This document shows, in pieces, positions 38,901 to 51,159 of a stretch of DNA of 64,000 nt. Position numbers and translations under genes: made by a program. Source of the stretch: Macrostomum hystrix (Eukaryota; Animalia; Platyhelminthes). A model generated the notes under the pieces. It had not been told where the DNA came from. It saw only the letters and a program-made list of their open reading frames with translations, and ran no database searches. The first letter of the stretch is position 1; every line of letters begins with the position of its first letter. The DNA lies in NCBI GenBank assembly GCA_950097015.1, contig CATNEN010000037.1, forward strand, positions 2,542,001 through 2,606,000, written 5' to 3'.

Positions 38901-41900
38901 TGAAGGTCTTCAATTGCGAGTCGGGCCAGACACGGAGCGGACGGCTTTCACAGACGCGTTCATCAGTCGTCTGGACGCGTGCGTCAACGCGCTGGACAAT
39001 GTGGCTGCTAGGCGGTACATGGATCAGCGCTGCGTAGCCAATCAAAAGCCACTGTTCGAGTCTGGCACAATGGGCGCCAGAGGTCACGTGCAGGTTATTC
39101 TGCCGTTTGTCACTGAGTCCTACGGTGCTCAACAGGATCCAACAGAGGAGGAACAGGTGCCGTATTGCACTCTGAAGACTTTTCCCCAGCGAATCGAGCA
39201 CTGCATTGAGTGGGCCAGGTAATGGAAGCCTGTGCAGCGTGTGTATTCTGTGTCAGCTAGCACAGTGCTCAACTCAGAAACTGTGAAATTGAACGAGAAC
39301 GAGATCAAAGTCTAAAACTGCGGATTCACGATGACATTTAATTCCTAAGCTTAGGATTTTCGGGATTGGAGACACATTCGAGGATTTCTGATTGGATTAA
39401 AGTCATAACCTGAGTATTTGTTAATGTGATCTGAGTCAGAATCTAAGAATTTGAGCACACTGGAATTCGAGTCGTCTTCACTCCCCGCCTCCCCAGGGAC
39501 AAGTTTGAGAGCAGCTTCGCCTGTAAGCCGGCCCTGGTGGCCAGGCTCCTAGATGCCAACGGAGACTCTCCTAGAAACATTGCACAACGATTGGCAGCCG
39601 ACGAGTACGTCCCGGATTCTGCTGACGCGTTCCGCTACCTGCGCCAACGGCCAAGCAGCTGGACAGACTGCGTCCAACTGGCTGGCCTGAAGTTCGCCAA
39701 GTATTTTCACCACCGGGCGTTGCACATACTGCGAGCATTTCCGCCGGAGACTCGCCTACCGGACGGTACAGCGTTCTGGACTCCGCCGAAGCGACCGCCG
39801 CGTCCCATTGTGCTGGACGCCGGAGATCCGCTGCACATTAGCTGCCTGCTCAGCCTGGCCAGACTGTACGCTGGTGCCTTCTGCGTAGCGGTTCCGGCTG
39901 GTTCAGACACGGCTGAGGCTGTGGCGGCCATGTTGCCAGGCATCTCCATGCCAGAATTTGTGCCCAGCACTAAGCCAATTGAAACTGACGAATCCAAGAG
40001 TCGGGCCGAAGCCGCTGCCGACAGCTCTGGCGTCAAGTCCGCTGCTGATCCGGATGCTGTGCTGGCACTGTTTTCCAGCCTGGCCGAGCCGCTAGCCTGC
40101 AGGCCGGTTCAGTTTGACAAGGACAACGACTCTCATGTAGATGCAGTGGCAGCTCTGGCCAATCTCAGAGCGGCTATGTACGGCCTGGACATTGTCGACC
40201 GGTTACAGGTGGGACTAATTGTTTTCTTCTTCTTACAACATGCATTGCCAGACCCTCAGTTCGAGTATCCACCTTCCCAGATCGTACCAGATCCTCAGCT
40301 TCAGTATCTTCTACCTTCCCAGACCCTTAGTTTGAGTATCCACCTTCCCAGATCCTCAGTTTGAGTATCCACCTTCCCAGATCCTCAGTTTGAGTATCCA
40401 CCTTCCCAGATCCTCAGTTTGAGTATCCACCTTCCCAGATCCTCAGTTTGAGTATCCACCTTCCCAGATCCTCAGTTTGAGTATCCACCTTCCCAGATCC
40501 TCAGTTTGAGTATCCACCTTCCCAGATCCTCAGTTTGAGTATCCACCTTCCCAGATCCTCAGTTTGAGTATCCACCTTCCCAGATCCTCAGTTTGAGTAT
40601 CCACCTTCCCAGATCCTCAGTTTGAGTATCCACCTTCCCAGATCCTCAGTTTGAGTATCCACCTTCCCAGATCCTCAGTTTGAGTATCCACCTTCCCAGA
40701 TCCTCAGTTTGAGTATCCACCTTCCCAGATCCTCAGTTTGAGTATCCACCTTCCCAGATCCTCAGTTTGAGTATCCACCTTCCCAGATCCTCAGTTTGAG
40801 TATCCACCTTCCCAGATCCTCAGTTTGAGTATCCACCTTCCCAGATCCTCAGTTTGAGTATCCACCTTCCCAGATCGTCCCAGATCCTCAGCTTCAGTAT
40901 CTTCTACCTTCCCAGACCCTTAGTTTGAGTATCCACCTTCCCAGATCCTCAGTTTGAGTATCCACCTTCCCAGATCCTTAGTTTGAGTATCCACCTTCCC
41001 AGATCCTCAGTTTGAGTATCCACCTTCCCAGATCCTTAGTTTGAGTATCCACCTTCCCAGATCCTTAGTTTGAGTATCCACCTTCCCAGATCCTCAGTTT
41101 GAGTATCCACCGTCCCAGATCCTCAGCTTGAGTATCTTCTGCCTTCCCAGATCCTCAGTTTGAGTATCCACCTTCCCAGATCCTCAGTTTGAGTATCCAC
41201 CTTCCCAGATCCTTAGTTTGAGTATCCACCTTCCCAGATCCTCAGTTTGAGTATCCACCTTCCCAGATCCTTAGTTTGAGTATCCACCTTCCCAGATCCT
41301 CAGTTTGAGTATCCACCTTCCCAGATCCTTAGTTTGAGTATCCACCTTCCCAGATCCTTAGTTTGAGTATCCACCTTCCCAGATCCTCAGTTTGAGTATC
41401 CACCGTCCCAGATCCTCAGCTTGAGTATCTTCTGCCTTCCCAGATCCTCAGTTTGAGTATCCACCTTCCCAGATCCTCAGTTTGAGTATCCACCTTCCCA
41501 GATCCTCAGTTTGAGTATCCACCTTCCCAGATCCTCAGTTTGAGTATCCACCTTCCCAGATCCTTAGTTTGAGTATCCACCTTCCCAGATCCTCAGTTAG
41601 AGTATCCACCGTCCCAGATCCTCAGCTTGAGTATCTTCTGCCTTCCCAGATCCTCAGTTTGAGTATCCACCTTCCCAGATCCTCAGTTTGAGTATCCACC
41701 TTCCCAGATCCTCAGTTCGAGTATCTCTACCTTCCCAGATCCTCAGTTTGAGTATCCACCTTCCCAGATCCTCAGTTCGAGTATCTTCTACCTTCCGAGA
41801 TCCTGAGTTTGAATATCTTCTACCTTCCGAGATCCTCAGTTTGAATATCTTCTACCTTCCGAGACCCTTAGATTGAGTATCTTTAACCTTTTCAGATCCT

Positions 41901-44900
41901 CAATCTGAGCAACATCTATTTTCAGTTGCTTTGTTCTCTATCTTTGTTCTATTAAGTCCCAGCGAGTGAAATATAAAAAAAGTTTAATTTTGAACGCACT
42001 CCAGGTGAAACGCATTGCTGGCCGCATTGTGCCAGCCATCGCCACAACAACAGCCGCCGTAGCCGGCCTAGTAACAATCGAAATGCTAAAGTACATTCGC
42101 CAGCAATCGGACCAGGCGCACTCAGCCGATCCGCTGGCGGCTTATCGAAACTGCTTTCTCAACCTGGCTGTGCCTCTGCTGGTGCTGAGCCAGCCCGGCC
42201 CCAGCCGGCGCCAGCCGCTGGCTGGCGGCCGTCACTTTACCGAGTGGGACCGCTGGGAAATTGGTCCGCTCAGTCGGTCCGCCACCATTGGTCAGCTGAT
42301 TCAGGCCCTGCAGCAGCAATACGGCCTTACGCCATCTATGGTGTGCCAGGGCTCCAAATCTGTCTATATTCCAATGCTTCCGGGGCATAGGAAGCGACTA
42401 CAGCAGGCGTAAGCGATTTTCACTTATTATTTTTTTATTTTAGAGAGGTTTGGGCTTGAATCTAGACGCTGTACTGAGTAGCTGTCCTAGTGATTCGTAT
42501 TAATATCCCACTTCCTCTCCCAGATCCTCATATTGGAATCTCACTTCCTCTCCCAGATCCTCATATTGGAATCTCACTTCCTCTCCCAGATCCTCATATT
42601 GGAATCTCACTTCCTCTCCCAGATCCTCATATTGGAATCTCACTTCCTCTCCCAGATCCTCATATTGGAATCTCACTTCCTCTCCCTGATCCTCATATTG
42701 GAATCTCACTTCCTCTCCCAGATCCTCATATTGGAACGCCACTTCTTCTCCCAGATCCTCATATTGAAACGCCACTTCTTCTCCCTGATCCTCATATTGG
42801 AATCTCACTTCCTCTCCCAGATCCTCATATTGGAATCTCACTTCCTCTCCCAGATCCTCATATTGGAATCTCACTTCCTCTCCCAGATCCTCATATTGGA
42901 ATCTCACTTCCTCTCCCAGATCCTCATATTGGAATCCCACTTCCTCTCCCAGATACTCATATTGGAATCTCACTTCCTCTCCCTGATCCTCATATTGGAA
43001 TCTCACTTCCTCTCCCAAATCCTCATATTGGAATCCCACTTCCTCTCCCAGATCCTCATATTGGAATCTCACTTCCTCTCCCAGATCCTCATATTGGAAT
43101 CCCACTTCCTCTCCCAGATCCTCATATTGAAACGCCACTTCTTCTCCCTGATCCTCATATTGGAATCTCACTTCCTCTCCCAGATCCTCATATTGGAATC
43201 TCACTTCCTCTCCCAGATCCTCATATTGGAATCTCACTTCCTCTCCCAGATCCTCATATTGGAATCTCACTTCCTCTCCCAGATCCTCATATTGGAATCT
43301 CACTTCCTCTCCCAGATCCTCATATTGGAATCTCACTTCCTCTCCCAGATCCTCATATTGGAATCTCACTTCCTCTCCCAGATCCTCATATTGGAATCTC
43401 ACTTCCTCTCCCAGATCCTCATATTGGAATCTCACTTCCTCTCCCAGATCCTCATATTGGAATCTCACTTCCTCTCCCTGATCCTCATATTGGAATCTCA
43501 CTTCCTCTCCCTGATCCTCATATTGGAACGCCACTTCTTCTCCCTGATCCTCATATTGGAATCCCACTTCCTCACCCAGATCCTCATATTGGAATCTCAC
43601 TTCCTCTCCCTGATCCTCATATTGGAATCCCACTTCCTCTCCCAGATCCCGTATTGGAATCTCACTTCCTCTCCCAGATCCTCATATTGGAACGCCACTT
43701 CCTCTCCCTGATCCTCATATTGGAATCCCACTTCCTCTCCCAGATCCTCATATTGGAATCCCACTTCCTCTCCCAGATCCTCATATTGGAATCTCACTTC
43801 CTCTCCCAGATCCTCATATTGGAATCTCACTTCCTCTCCCAGATCCTCATATTGGAATCTCACTTCCTCTCCCAGATCCTCATATTGGAATCCCACTTCC
43901 TCTCCCAGATCCTCATATTGGAATCTCACTTCCTCTCCCTGATCCTCATATTGGAATCTCACTTCCTCTCCCAGATCCTCATATTGGAATCTCACTTCCT
44001 CTCCCAGATCCTCATATTGGAATCTCACTTCCTCTCCCTGATCCTCATATTGGAATCTCACTTCCTCTCCCAGATCCTCATATTGGAACGCCACTTCTTC
44101 TCCCTGATCCTCATATTGGAATCCCACTTCCTCACCCAGATCCTCATATTGGAATCTCACTTCCTCTCCCTGATCCTCATATTGGAATCTCACTTCCTCT
44201 CCCTGATCCTCATATTGGAATCCCACTTCCTCTCCCAGATCCCGTATTGGAATCCCACTTCCTCTCCCAGATCCCGTATTGGAATCCCACTTCCTCACCC
44301 AGATCCTCATCTTGGAATCCCACTTCCTCTCCCTGATCCTCATATTGGAATCCCACTTCCTCTCCTAGATCCTCATATTGGAATCCCACTTCCTCTCCTT
44401 GATCCTCATATTGGAATCTCACTTCCTCTCCCAGATCCTCATATTGGAATCTCACTTCCTCTCCCAGATCCTCATATTGGAATCTCACTTCCTCTCCCAG
44501 ATCCTCATATTGGAATCCCACTTCCTCTCCCAGATCCTCATATTGGAATCTCACTTCCTCTCCCTGATCCTCATATTGGAATCTCACTTCCTCACCCAGA
44601 TCCTCATCTTGGAATCCCACTTCCTCTCCCTGATCCTTATATTGGAATCTCACTTCCTCTCCCTGATCCTCATATTGGAATCCCACTTCCTCTACAATAT
44701 CCTCATATTGAAGATTGAAGATCCTCAAGATCCACCTTATACGAGTCTGTTAGTCTCGTAGTCTCCAACTGGAAGGCTATACGTACTTCTGTAATTCACT
44801 TCGATCCGCAGACTCCTGAGTCACGCCCGGCTAAATCCTGGTGACACCTACGTCGATTTGATCGTGATGTACGAGCCGGACGCGTCTGCCAATCGCGGCG

Positions 44901-44977
44901 ATGCCGAGTCTGATCCGAATGCCGAGACGGACATTGTTGGCCCCATAGTGCGCTTGCACTTTGATATTAGCGACTGA
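35994..44977 (+). CDS. UBA6: Ubiquitin-like modifier-activating enzyme 6 (E1; ~1042 aa, 6 exons)
   Basis: Exons 35994-36524, 36936-37266, 38234-39218, 39497-40208, 42005-42408, 44812-44977 sum to 3129 nt in frame. Residues favour UBA6 over UBA1: LYSRQRYVMGD, SGTMGARGH, catalytic PYCTLK..WARDKFESSF, YIPMLPGHRKRL, YVDL...GPIVRLHF. ATP motif GCGAIGCE. Confidence 0.88.
36572..36880. repeat. Intronic tandem repeat, 42-bp unit (attagacagttatcccctgacatgagacagtcagccaataat)
   Basis: About 7 copies in UBA6 intron 1. Confidence 0.9.
37410..37860. repeat. Intronic degenerate tandem repeats with core gaatcgtctca (20-bp and ~41-bp units)
   Basis: UBA6 intron 2. Confidence 0.8.
40245..41900. repeat. Intronic minisatellite, 29-bp unit agtatccaccttcccagatcctcagtttg
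   Basis: UBA6 intron 4. Confidence 0.95.
42505..44720. repeat. Intronic minisatellite, 33-bp unit gatcctcatattggaatctcacttcctctccca
   Basis: UBA6 intron 5; source of spurious ORFs of 742, 392, 377 and 248 aa. Confidence 0.95.
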
Positions 44978-45156
44978 ATTTGTAACTCACCTGTCACATT
45001 CAGATGCCTTAGGATACCGTAATTAAAGTCTAAATTGTTTTATTTCTTTTCGTTAGTCAGGATGTGTGTCTGTGGGTCAATGCTGCTTACCTCACTATGG
45101 AAGCAGCTCGGCAGGTTACTATATTAGCCTAGCTACCTGGTTGAACTGAACTGAAA

Positions 45157-45625
45157 CCTGTCAGTCTGTTAGGCATAGCTGTCAGTCTGTTAGGCTATAT
45201 TAGCCTAGCTACCTGGTTGAACTGAACTGAAACCTGTCAGTCTGTTAGGCATAGCTGTCAGTCTGTTAGGCATAGCTGTCAGTCTGTTAGGCATAGCTGT
45301 CAGTCTGTTAGGCATAGCTGTCAGTCTGTTAGGCATAGCTGTCAGTCTGTTAGGCATAGCTGTCAGTCTGTTAGGCGTAGCTGTCAGTCTGTTAGGCATA
45401 GCTGTCAGTCTGTTAGGCAGTAGCTGTCAGTCTGTTAGGCATAGCTGTCAGTCTGTTAGGCATAGCTGTCAGTCTGTTAGGCATAGCTGTCAGTCTGTTA
45501 GGCATAGCTGTCAGTCTGTTAGGCGTAGCTGTCAGTCTGTTAGGCATAGCTGTCAGTCTGTTAGGCGTAGCTGTCAGTCTGTTAGGCGTAGCTGTCAGTC
45601 TGTTAGGCGTAGCTGTCAGTCTGTT
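45157..45625. repeat. Minisatellite, 21-bp unit gcatagctgtcagtctgttag
   Basis: Direct reading. Confidence 0.95.
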
Positions 45626-45644
45626 ACTCATTAGTTAACTGGCT

Positions 45645-46585
45645 TGTTAGACAGGACTCCCTCCCTGTTAGACAGGACTCCCTCCCTGTTAGACAGGACT
45701 CCCTCCCTGTTAGACAGAACTCCCTCCCTGTTAGACAGAACTTCCTCCCTGTTAGACAGAACTCCCTCTCTGTTAGACAGGACTCCCTCCCTGTTAGACA
45801 GGACTCCCTCCCTGTTAGACAGGACTCCCTCCCTGTTAGACAGAACTCCCTCCCTGTTAGACAGAACTTCCTCCCTGTTAGACAGAACTTCCTCCCTGTT
45901 AGACAGGACTCCCTCCCTGTTAGACAGGACTCCCTCCCTGTTAGACAGAACTCCCTCCCTGTTAGACAGAACTTCCCCCCTGTTAGACAGAACTTCCTCC
46001 CTGTTAGACAGGACTCCCTCCCTGTTAGACAGGACTCCTTCCCTGTTAGACAGGACTCCCTCCCTGTTAGACAGGACTCCCTCCCTGTTAGACAGAACTC
46101 CCTCCCTGTTAGACAGAACTTCCTCCCTGTTAGACAGAACTCCCTCCCTGTTAGACAGGACTCCCTCCCTGTTAGACAGGACTCCCTCCCTGTTAGACAG
46201 AACTCCCTCCCTGTTAGACAGGACTCCCTCCCTGTTAGACAGAACTCCCTCCCTGTTAGACAGAACTCCCTCCCTGTTAGACAGGACTCCCTCTCTGTTA
46301 GACAGGACTCCCTCCCTGTTAGACAGAACTCCCTCCCTGTTAGACAGAACTTCCTCCCTGTTAGACAGAACTCCCTCCCTGTTAGACAGAACTCCCTCCC
46401 TGTTAGACAGGACTCCCTCCCTGTTAGACAGAACTCCCTCCCTGTTAGACAGAACTTCCTCCCTGTTAGACAGAACTCCCTCCCTGTTAGACAGGACTCC
46501 TTCCCTGTTAGACAGGACTCCCTCCCTGTTAGACAGGACTCCCTCCCTGTTAGACAGAACTCCCTCCCTGTTAGACAGGACTGCC
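45645..46585. repeat. Minisatellite, 21-bp unit ctgttagacaggactccctcc
   Basis: Direct reading; source of the LLDRTPS ORF. Confidence 0.95.
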
Positions 46586-47109
46586 TACCCGCTGCTAAGC
46601 AAGCAGCAAATGAACTGTATTCCGAGTGTTTTTATTTCTGAGAGTTCCTGCGCCAGCTCTTGATAAGCTTTCAAATCTGAGCAAGCTATTGCTAGAAACT
46701 ATTTCATTGAGCTGTCATTATTGCATAACTAGAACTATTCGCGCTTATACAGCAGACTTAAAAATTTTCAATATTGAAATATGTTCCATACTCGTATTCC
46801 CGGCTAAAATATTGCATTGCTGCAGGTGTAACTTTTTTCACCACCATCTTCAATCCTTAGTCTATAGGATTGTTCATTCATCTAATCGAAATTACCTTTT
46901 TTAACTTCTTATTGAAATAAAACAAAACAACCATCACCAGCCCAAGTGTTGCTCTCTGTACATGTAGTTTTTGTCACTCTACTTGTATTAGCGGGCTGTT
47001 TTCTGTCTCTCTTTTTTAAATAAATATTTGCAGTCATTTTAGGTCAAGCCATGGTTTCTCATGTTATGGACCCGCTGCCAGCGAGAGGCAATTCTGCCCA
47101 TTTCGCTGA

Positions 47110-47355
47110 CTCCTGAGCGCACACGCACACAGATACTGTACGCAGGCACACACTCTCGCACTTTCTCATGGTCAGGCAGTGTACACTCTCACTGCGCTTT
47201 GGTGGTTGGCCCCTCATGGTTAGTGTAAATTGCACAAGCCTCCAAGCCTTCTCTCCTCGGCTGCGCCCCAAATGAATGTGGCCTCGCCGCGGAATCGAGC
47301 TCAGGGACCTTGATGCGTGAGGCAAACGCGTTGTACCGCTTTGCCACTCAGCCCC
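47110..47355 (-). mobile_element. tRNA-derived SINE-like element
   Basis: Minus strand ggggctgagtggcaaagcggtacaacgcgtttgcctcacgcatcaaggtccctgagctcgattcc has an A-box-like tggcaaagcgg and a B-box-like gagctcgattcc at tRNA spacing, followed by a non-tRNA body; 3' end uncertain. Confidence 0.5.
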
Positions 47356-47458
47356 TACCTCTACCGTGTAATGTGTAGAAGTGGATTCAGAGTTTTGTAA
47401 TTCTAATGCAAAAACTTTTTCTACGTACTTATTTTCAGCCACTACTCACCGCTAAGGC

Positions 47459-50400
47459 ATGGCGATTGAAATTGAGTCGGCCGATGTTGTCCGACTAATT
47501 GCCCAATACCTGAAGGAGAACAGCCTGCACCGGACACTGTCCGTACTGCAAGAGGAAAGCGGCATCTCGCTTAACACTGTGGACAGCGTGGACTCTTTCA
47601 TGTCCGAGATTCACTCCGGACACTGGGACACTGTGCTGCAGGTCTGACTCTATTGGCTTAGATATTTATTCTGATGCGTATTGTTGTAGAAACAAAACCT
47701 CTACTTACTACTATAATACGTTTTAGTGGGAAACATTGACAAAAACCCTTCATCTAACTCGATTTCCGTTGAAAGCAGCTTCTTTAAAGTGGAGCAGTCA
47801 CGTGATTTAGTAATTGCATCATAATTACCACGTGTTTATATTCTAGACGACTCTTAAGACGATTCCCTGTAGGACGATTCCATCTAGGACGATTCCATCT
47901 AGGACGATTCCATCTAGGACGATTCCATGTCAAGGCTGAGGTGATTCCATCTGAGTCAGTTCCATAACTAAGGTGTCATTCCTATCTCCCTGTGTATTAC
48001 AAAAAATCAATGCAGTAAATAAAAAAGTTCTCTATAGCCACAATTCTGCCACCCACTGCATCCAAACTAATAGGTGGTGCAAAGCTTAAAACTGCCCGAG
48101 GCTAAGCTCATGGACCTATACGAGCAGATCATCATTGAGCTAGTTGAGCTTCGCGAGCTTGGCGCCGCTCGCACTGTGCTCAAACAGACTGACGCCATGC
48201 TCAGCATGAAACAGTCTCAACCGGATCGCTACGTTCACCTGGAGAATGTTCTAGCTAGGTCCTACTTTGATCCGCGCGAAGCCTATCCGGACGGTACTAG
48301 CAAGGAGAAGCGGCGGCACGCCATCGCCCAGACTCTGGCTAACGAAGTGTCGGTTGTGCCGCCGTCTCGCCTGCTGGCCCTGCTTGGCCAGGCTCTGAAA
48401 TGGCAGCAGCATCAGGGCCTACTCCCGCCCGGCACAGCTATTGATGTGTTCCGAGGCAAAGCTGCGGTTCGCGAGAAGGAGGACGAGAGATATCCGACTA
48501 CGCTCAGTGTCACCATTCGTCTCGGACAGAAGAGTCACGTTGAGGTGGCCAAGTTCTCGCCAGACGGCCAGTACCTGGTCACGGGCAGTGTGGACGGATT
48601 CATCGAGCTGTGGAATTTCATTACTGGCAAGATTCGAAAGGATTTAAAATATCAGGTGCGCAGTGGTGGCAAAATACTTGACGAAAAACCCTTAATCTAA
48701 CTCCATTGCTTTGATAAGCGGCTTCTACAAGGGGGAGCAGTCACGTGATGTAGTAATTACGTTACTTGCAATCATTAATTACAGTTGTGTCAAATTCATA
48801 AATAGCTTCTTTTTTAGAGCTTATTCCCTCTGAGACGATTCCTTTTGAGACGATTTCCTCCGAGAAAATGCATTCTAAGACGATTCCATCTGGGACGATT
48901 CCCTCTAGGACAATTCCCTGCAATGCCGACACGATTCCCCCTGATATTATTTCCTCTGAAACGATTCCCTCCCAGACGATTCCCTCCGAGACGATTCCCT
49001 CTCGGACGATTCCATCTGGGACGATTCCCTCCAAGAAGATTCACTCTGGGACTATTCCCTATGAGGCGATTTCCCCTGAGCCAGTTCCTTCCGGATTCCC
49101 TCTCAGACGATTCTCTCTGAGATAATTCCCTTTGAGAAAATTCAATCTAAGACGATTTTATCTGCTCTAAAACAACTGCCATTGTGATGCTGTCATTTTT
49201 TATACTTACTGCCTGGTTACGAAGCGCAATGCAGCCATCCATCTCACACTCCGTCCGCCGACCCTCCACCTTCCAGGCCCAGGAGGCCTTCATGATGATG
49301 GACGCGGCAGTTCTGGCCCTCGGCTTCAGCCGCGACTCCGAGATGCTCTGCACCGGCGCCCAGGACGGCAAGATGAAGGTTTGGAAGATTCAGACTGGCC
49401 AGTGCCTGCGCCGATTCGAACGGGCGCACACCCAGGGCGTCACCTGCGTACAGTTCAGCAAGGACAATACCCACATTGTGTCGGCTAGTTTCGACTGCAG
49501 TGTGCGCATACACGGCCTGAAGTCTGGCAAGTGTTTGAAAGAATTTCTCGGCCATACCAGCTTTGTTAACGATGTGGCATTCAGCCCTGACGGCCATCAG
49601 GTCATATCGGCCAGCTCAGATGGCACAGTTCGAGTCTGGGTGTCCAAGACTCAGGAGTGCGCCCAGTGCTTTAAGCCCGCCTTGGCTGGTGCCGAGATTC
49701 CGGTACAATCTATTCACATCCTGCCCAAGACTCCCGACCATCTGGTGGTCTGCAACAAGACTAACACTGTGAGCTTCTGTGACCTGCTATCTCACACCAA
49801 TCACATGCTTCTGAATCTTCATCGGTTTCTTTATCTCCACCCAAAATTTACTTCCTTCCCTTCATCTCATTTCCTTCCTTCCCTTCATCTCATTACCTTC
49901 CTTCCCTTCATCTCATTTCCTTCCTTCCCTTCATCTCATTACCTTCCTTACCTTCATCTCATTACCTTCCTTACCTTCATCTCATTTCCTTCCTTCCCTT
50001 CATCTCATTACCTTCCTTACCTTCATCTCATTTCCTTCCTTCCCTTCATCTCATTTCCTTCCTTACCTTCATCTCATTACCTTCCTTACCTTCATCTCAT
50101 TTCCTTCCTTCCCTTCATCTCATTACCTTCCTTACCTTCATCTCATTTCCTTCCTCCCTTCATCTCATTTCCTTCCTCCCTTCATCTCATTTCCTTCCTT
50201 CCCTTCATCTCATTACCTTCCTTACCTTCATCTCATTTCCTTCCTCCCTTCATCTCATTACCTTCCCCCTTTATCTCATTCCCTTCCTCCCTTCATTTCA
50301 TTCCCTTCCTCCCTTCATTTCATTCCCTTCCTCCCTTCATTTCAATCCCTTCCTCCCTTCATCTCATTTCCTTCCCCCTTTATCTCATTCCCTTCCTCCC

Positions 50401-50852
50401 TTCATATCATTCCCTTCCTCCCTTTATATAATTTACTTTTTCCTTTGTCTCATTCCCTTCTTCCCTTCATCTCACTTTGTTCATTCCTTCCTTATCTCAT
50501 CTCTTACCCCTCCTCCTTTCGTCTGTTTCCTTTCCTTTCTTTCCCCTGTACTATAAGTTTTCTCCTCCCCCAGGTGGTGATAATCAACATGCAGGGCCAG
50601 GTAGTTCGCAGTTTCTCATCTGGCAAGCGCGAGGGAGGCGACTTTATCTGCGCCACGGTGTCGCCCAGGGGCGAATGGATCTACTGCTGCGGCGAGGACA
50701 AGACGCTCTACTGCTTCTCGGTGCAGAGCGGCAAGCTGGAGAGGACCCTGGCTATTAGCGAGCGAGAGATCATCGGCGTGGCGCATCACCCGCACCAGAA
50801 CCTCGTAGCCACGTACAGCGAGGACGGCCTATTGAAACTGTGGAAGCCCTGA
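47459..50852 (+). CDS. SMU1: WD40-repeat spliceosomal protein SMU1 (~511 aa, 4 exons)
   Basis: Exons 47459-47641, 48074-48655, 49277-49768, 50574-50852 sum to 1536 nt in frame. [21 protein letters not shown] (LisH), [29 protein letters not shown] repeats, C-terminus [22 protein letters not shown]. Confidence 0.96.
47720..48059. repeat. Dispersed repeat copy 1 (with internal gacgattccatctag array) in SMU1 intron 1
   Basis: Homologous to 48661-49185; shared aaaacccttNatctaactc, ggagcagtcacgtgat, ctgagYcagttcc. Confidence 0.75.
48661..49185. repeat. Dispersed repeat copy 2 (expanded 15-bp gacgattcc array) in SMU1 intron 2
   Basis: Homologous to 47720-48059. Confidence 0.75.
49850..50530. repeat. 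Pyrimidine-rich degenerate tandem repeat (ccttccttcccttcatctcatt) in SMU1 intron 3
   Basis: Direct reading. Confidence 0.9.
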
Positions 50853-51159
50853 TTAAAAACCAGACTTAAAAACCTTATTTACCTTAGCGTTTAAAATTAA
50901 CTTATTGTTACATGCAAAACAACTTTCATAAGTTTTTGCTTTAAAAACGCATTCATTTTGTTTCTCTGTGCTTAGCCAGTGCTTGATGCAGTTGCTTTTT
51001 AGGCCTATGGGCCCAAATAGGAAATTTTCAAATTGTCAAAGACCACGCTCGCTATTTTCTCCCCTGGGTAAAGACCCTGGGCTATTTCAAATACCCACTG
51101 CCTACTGCACGATAGCTCCCAAGCCGAGTGACCGATCTTCGTGAAGTTCCTCCATTTAT

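Noticed and set aside
42490-44761. 742-aa LPLPDPHIGIS ORF and companions
   Set aside because: 33-bp array inside UBA6 intron 5; UBA6 splices across it in frame
44985-45095. Minus-strand donor-like sites (also near 33157, 52317, 60860) suggesting antisense exons
   Set aside because: Such 6-7-mers are expected by chance several times in 64 kb; no coherent exon chain or ORF
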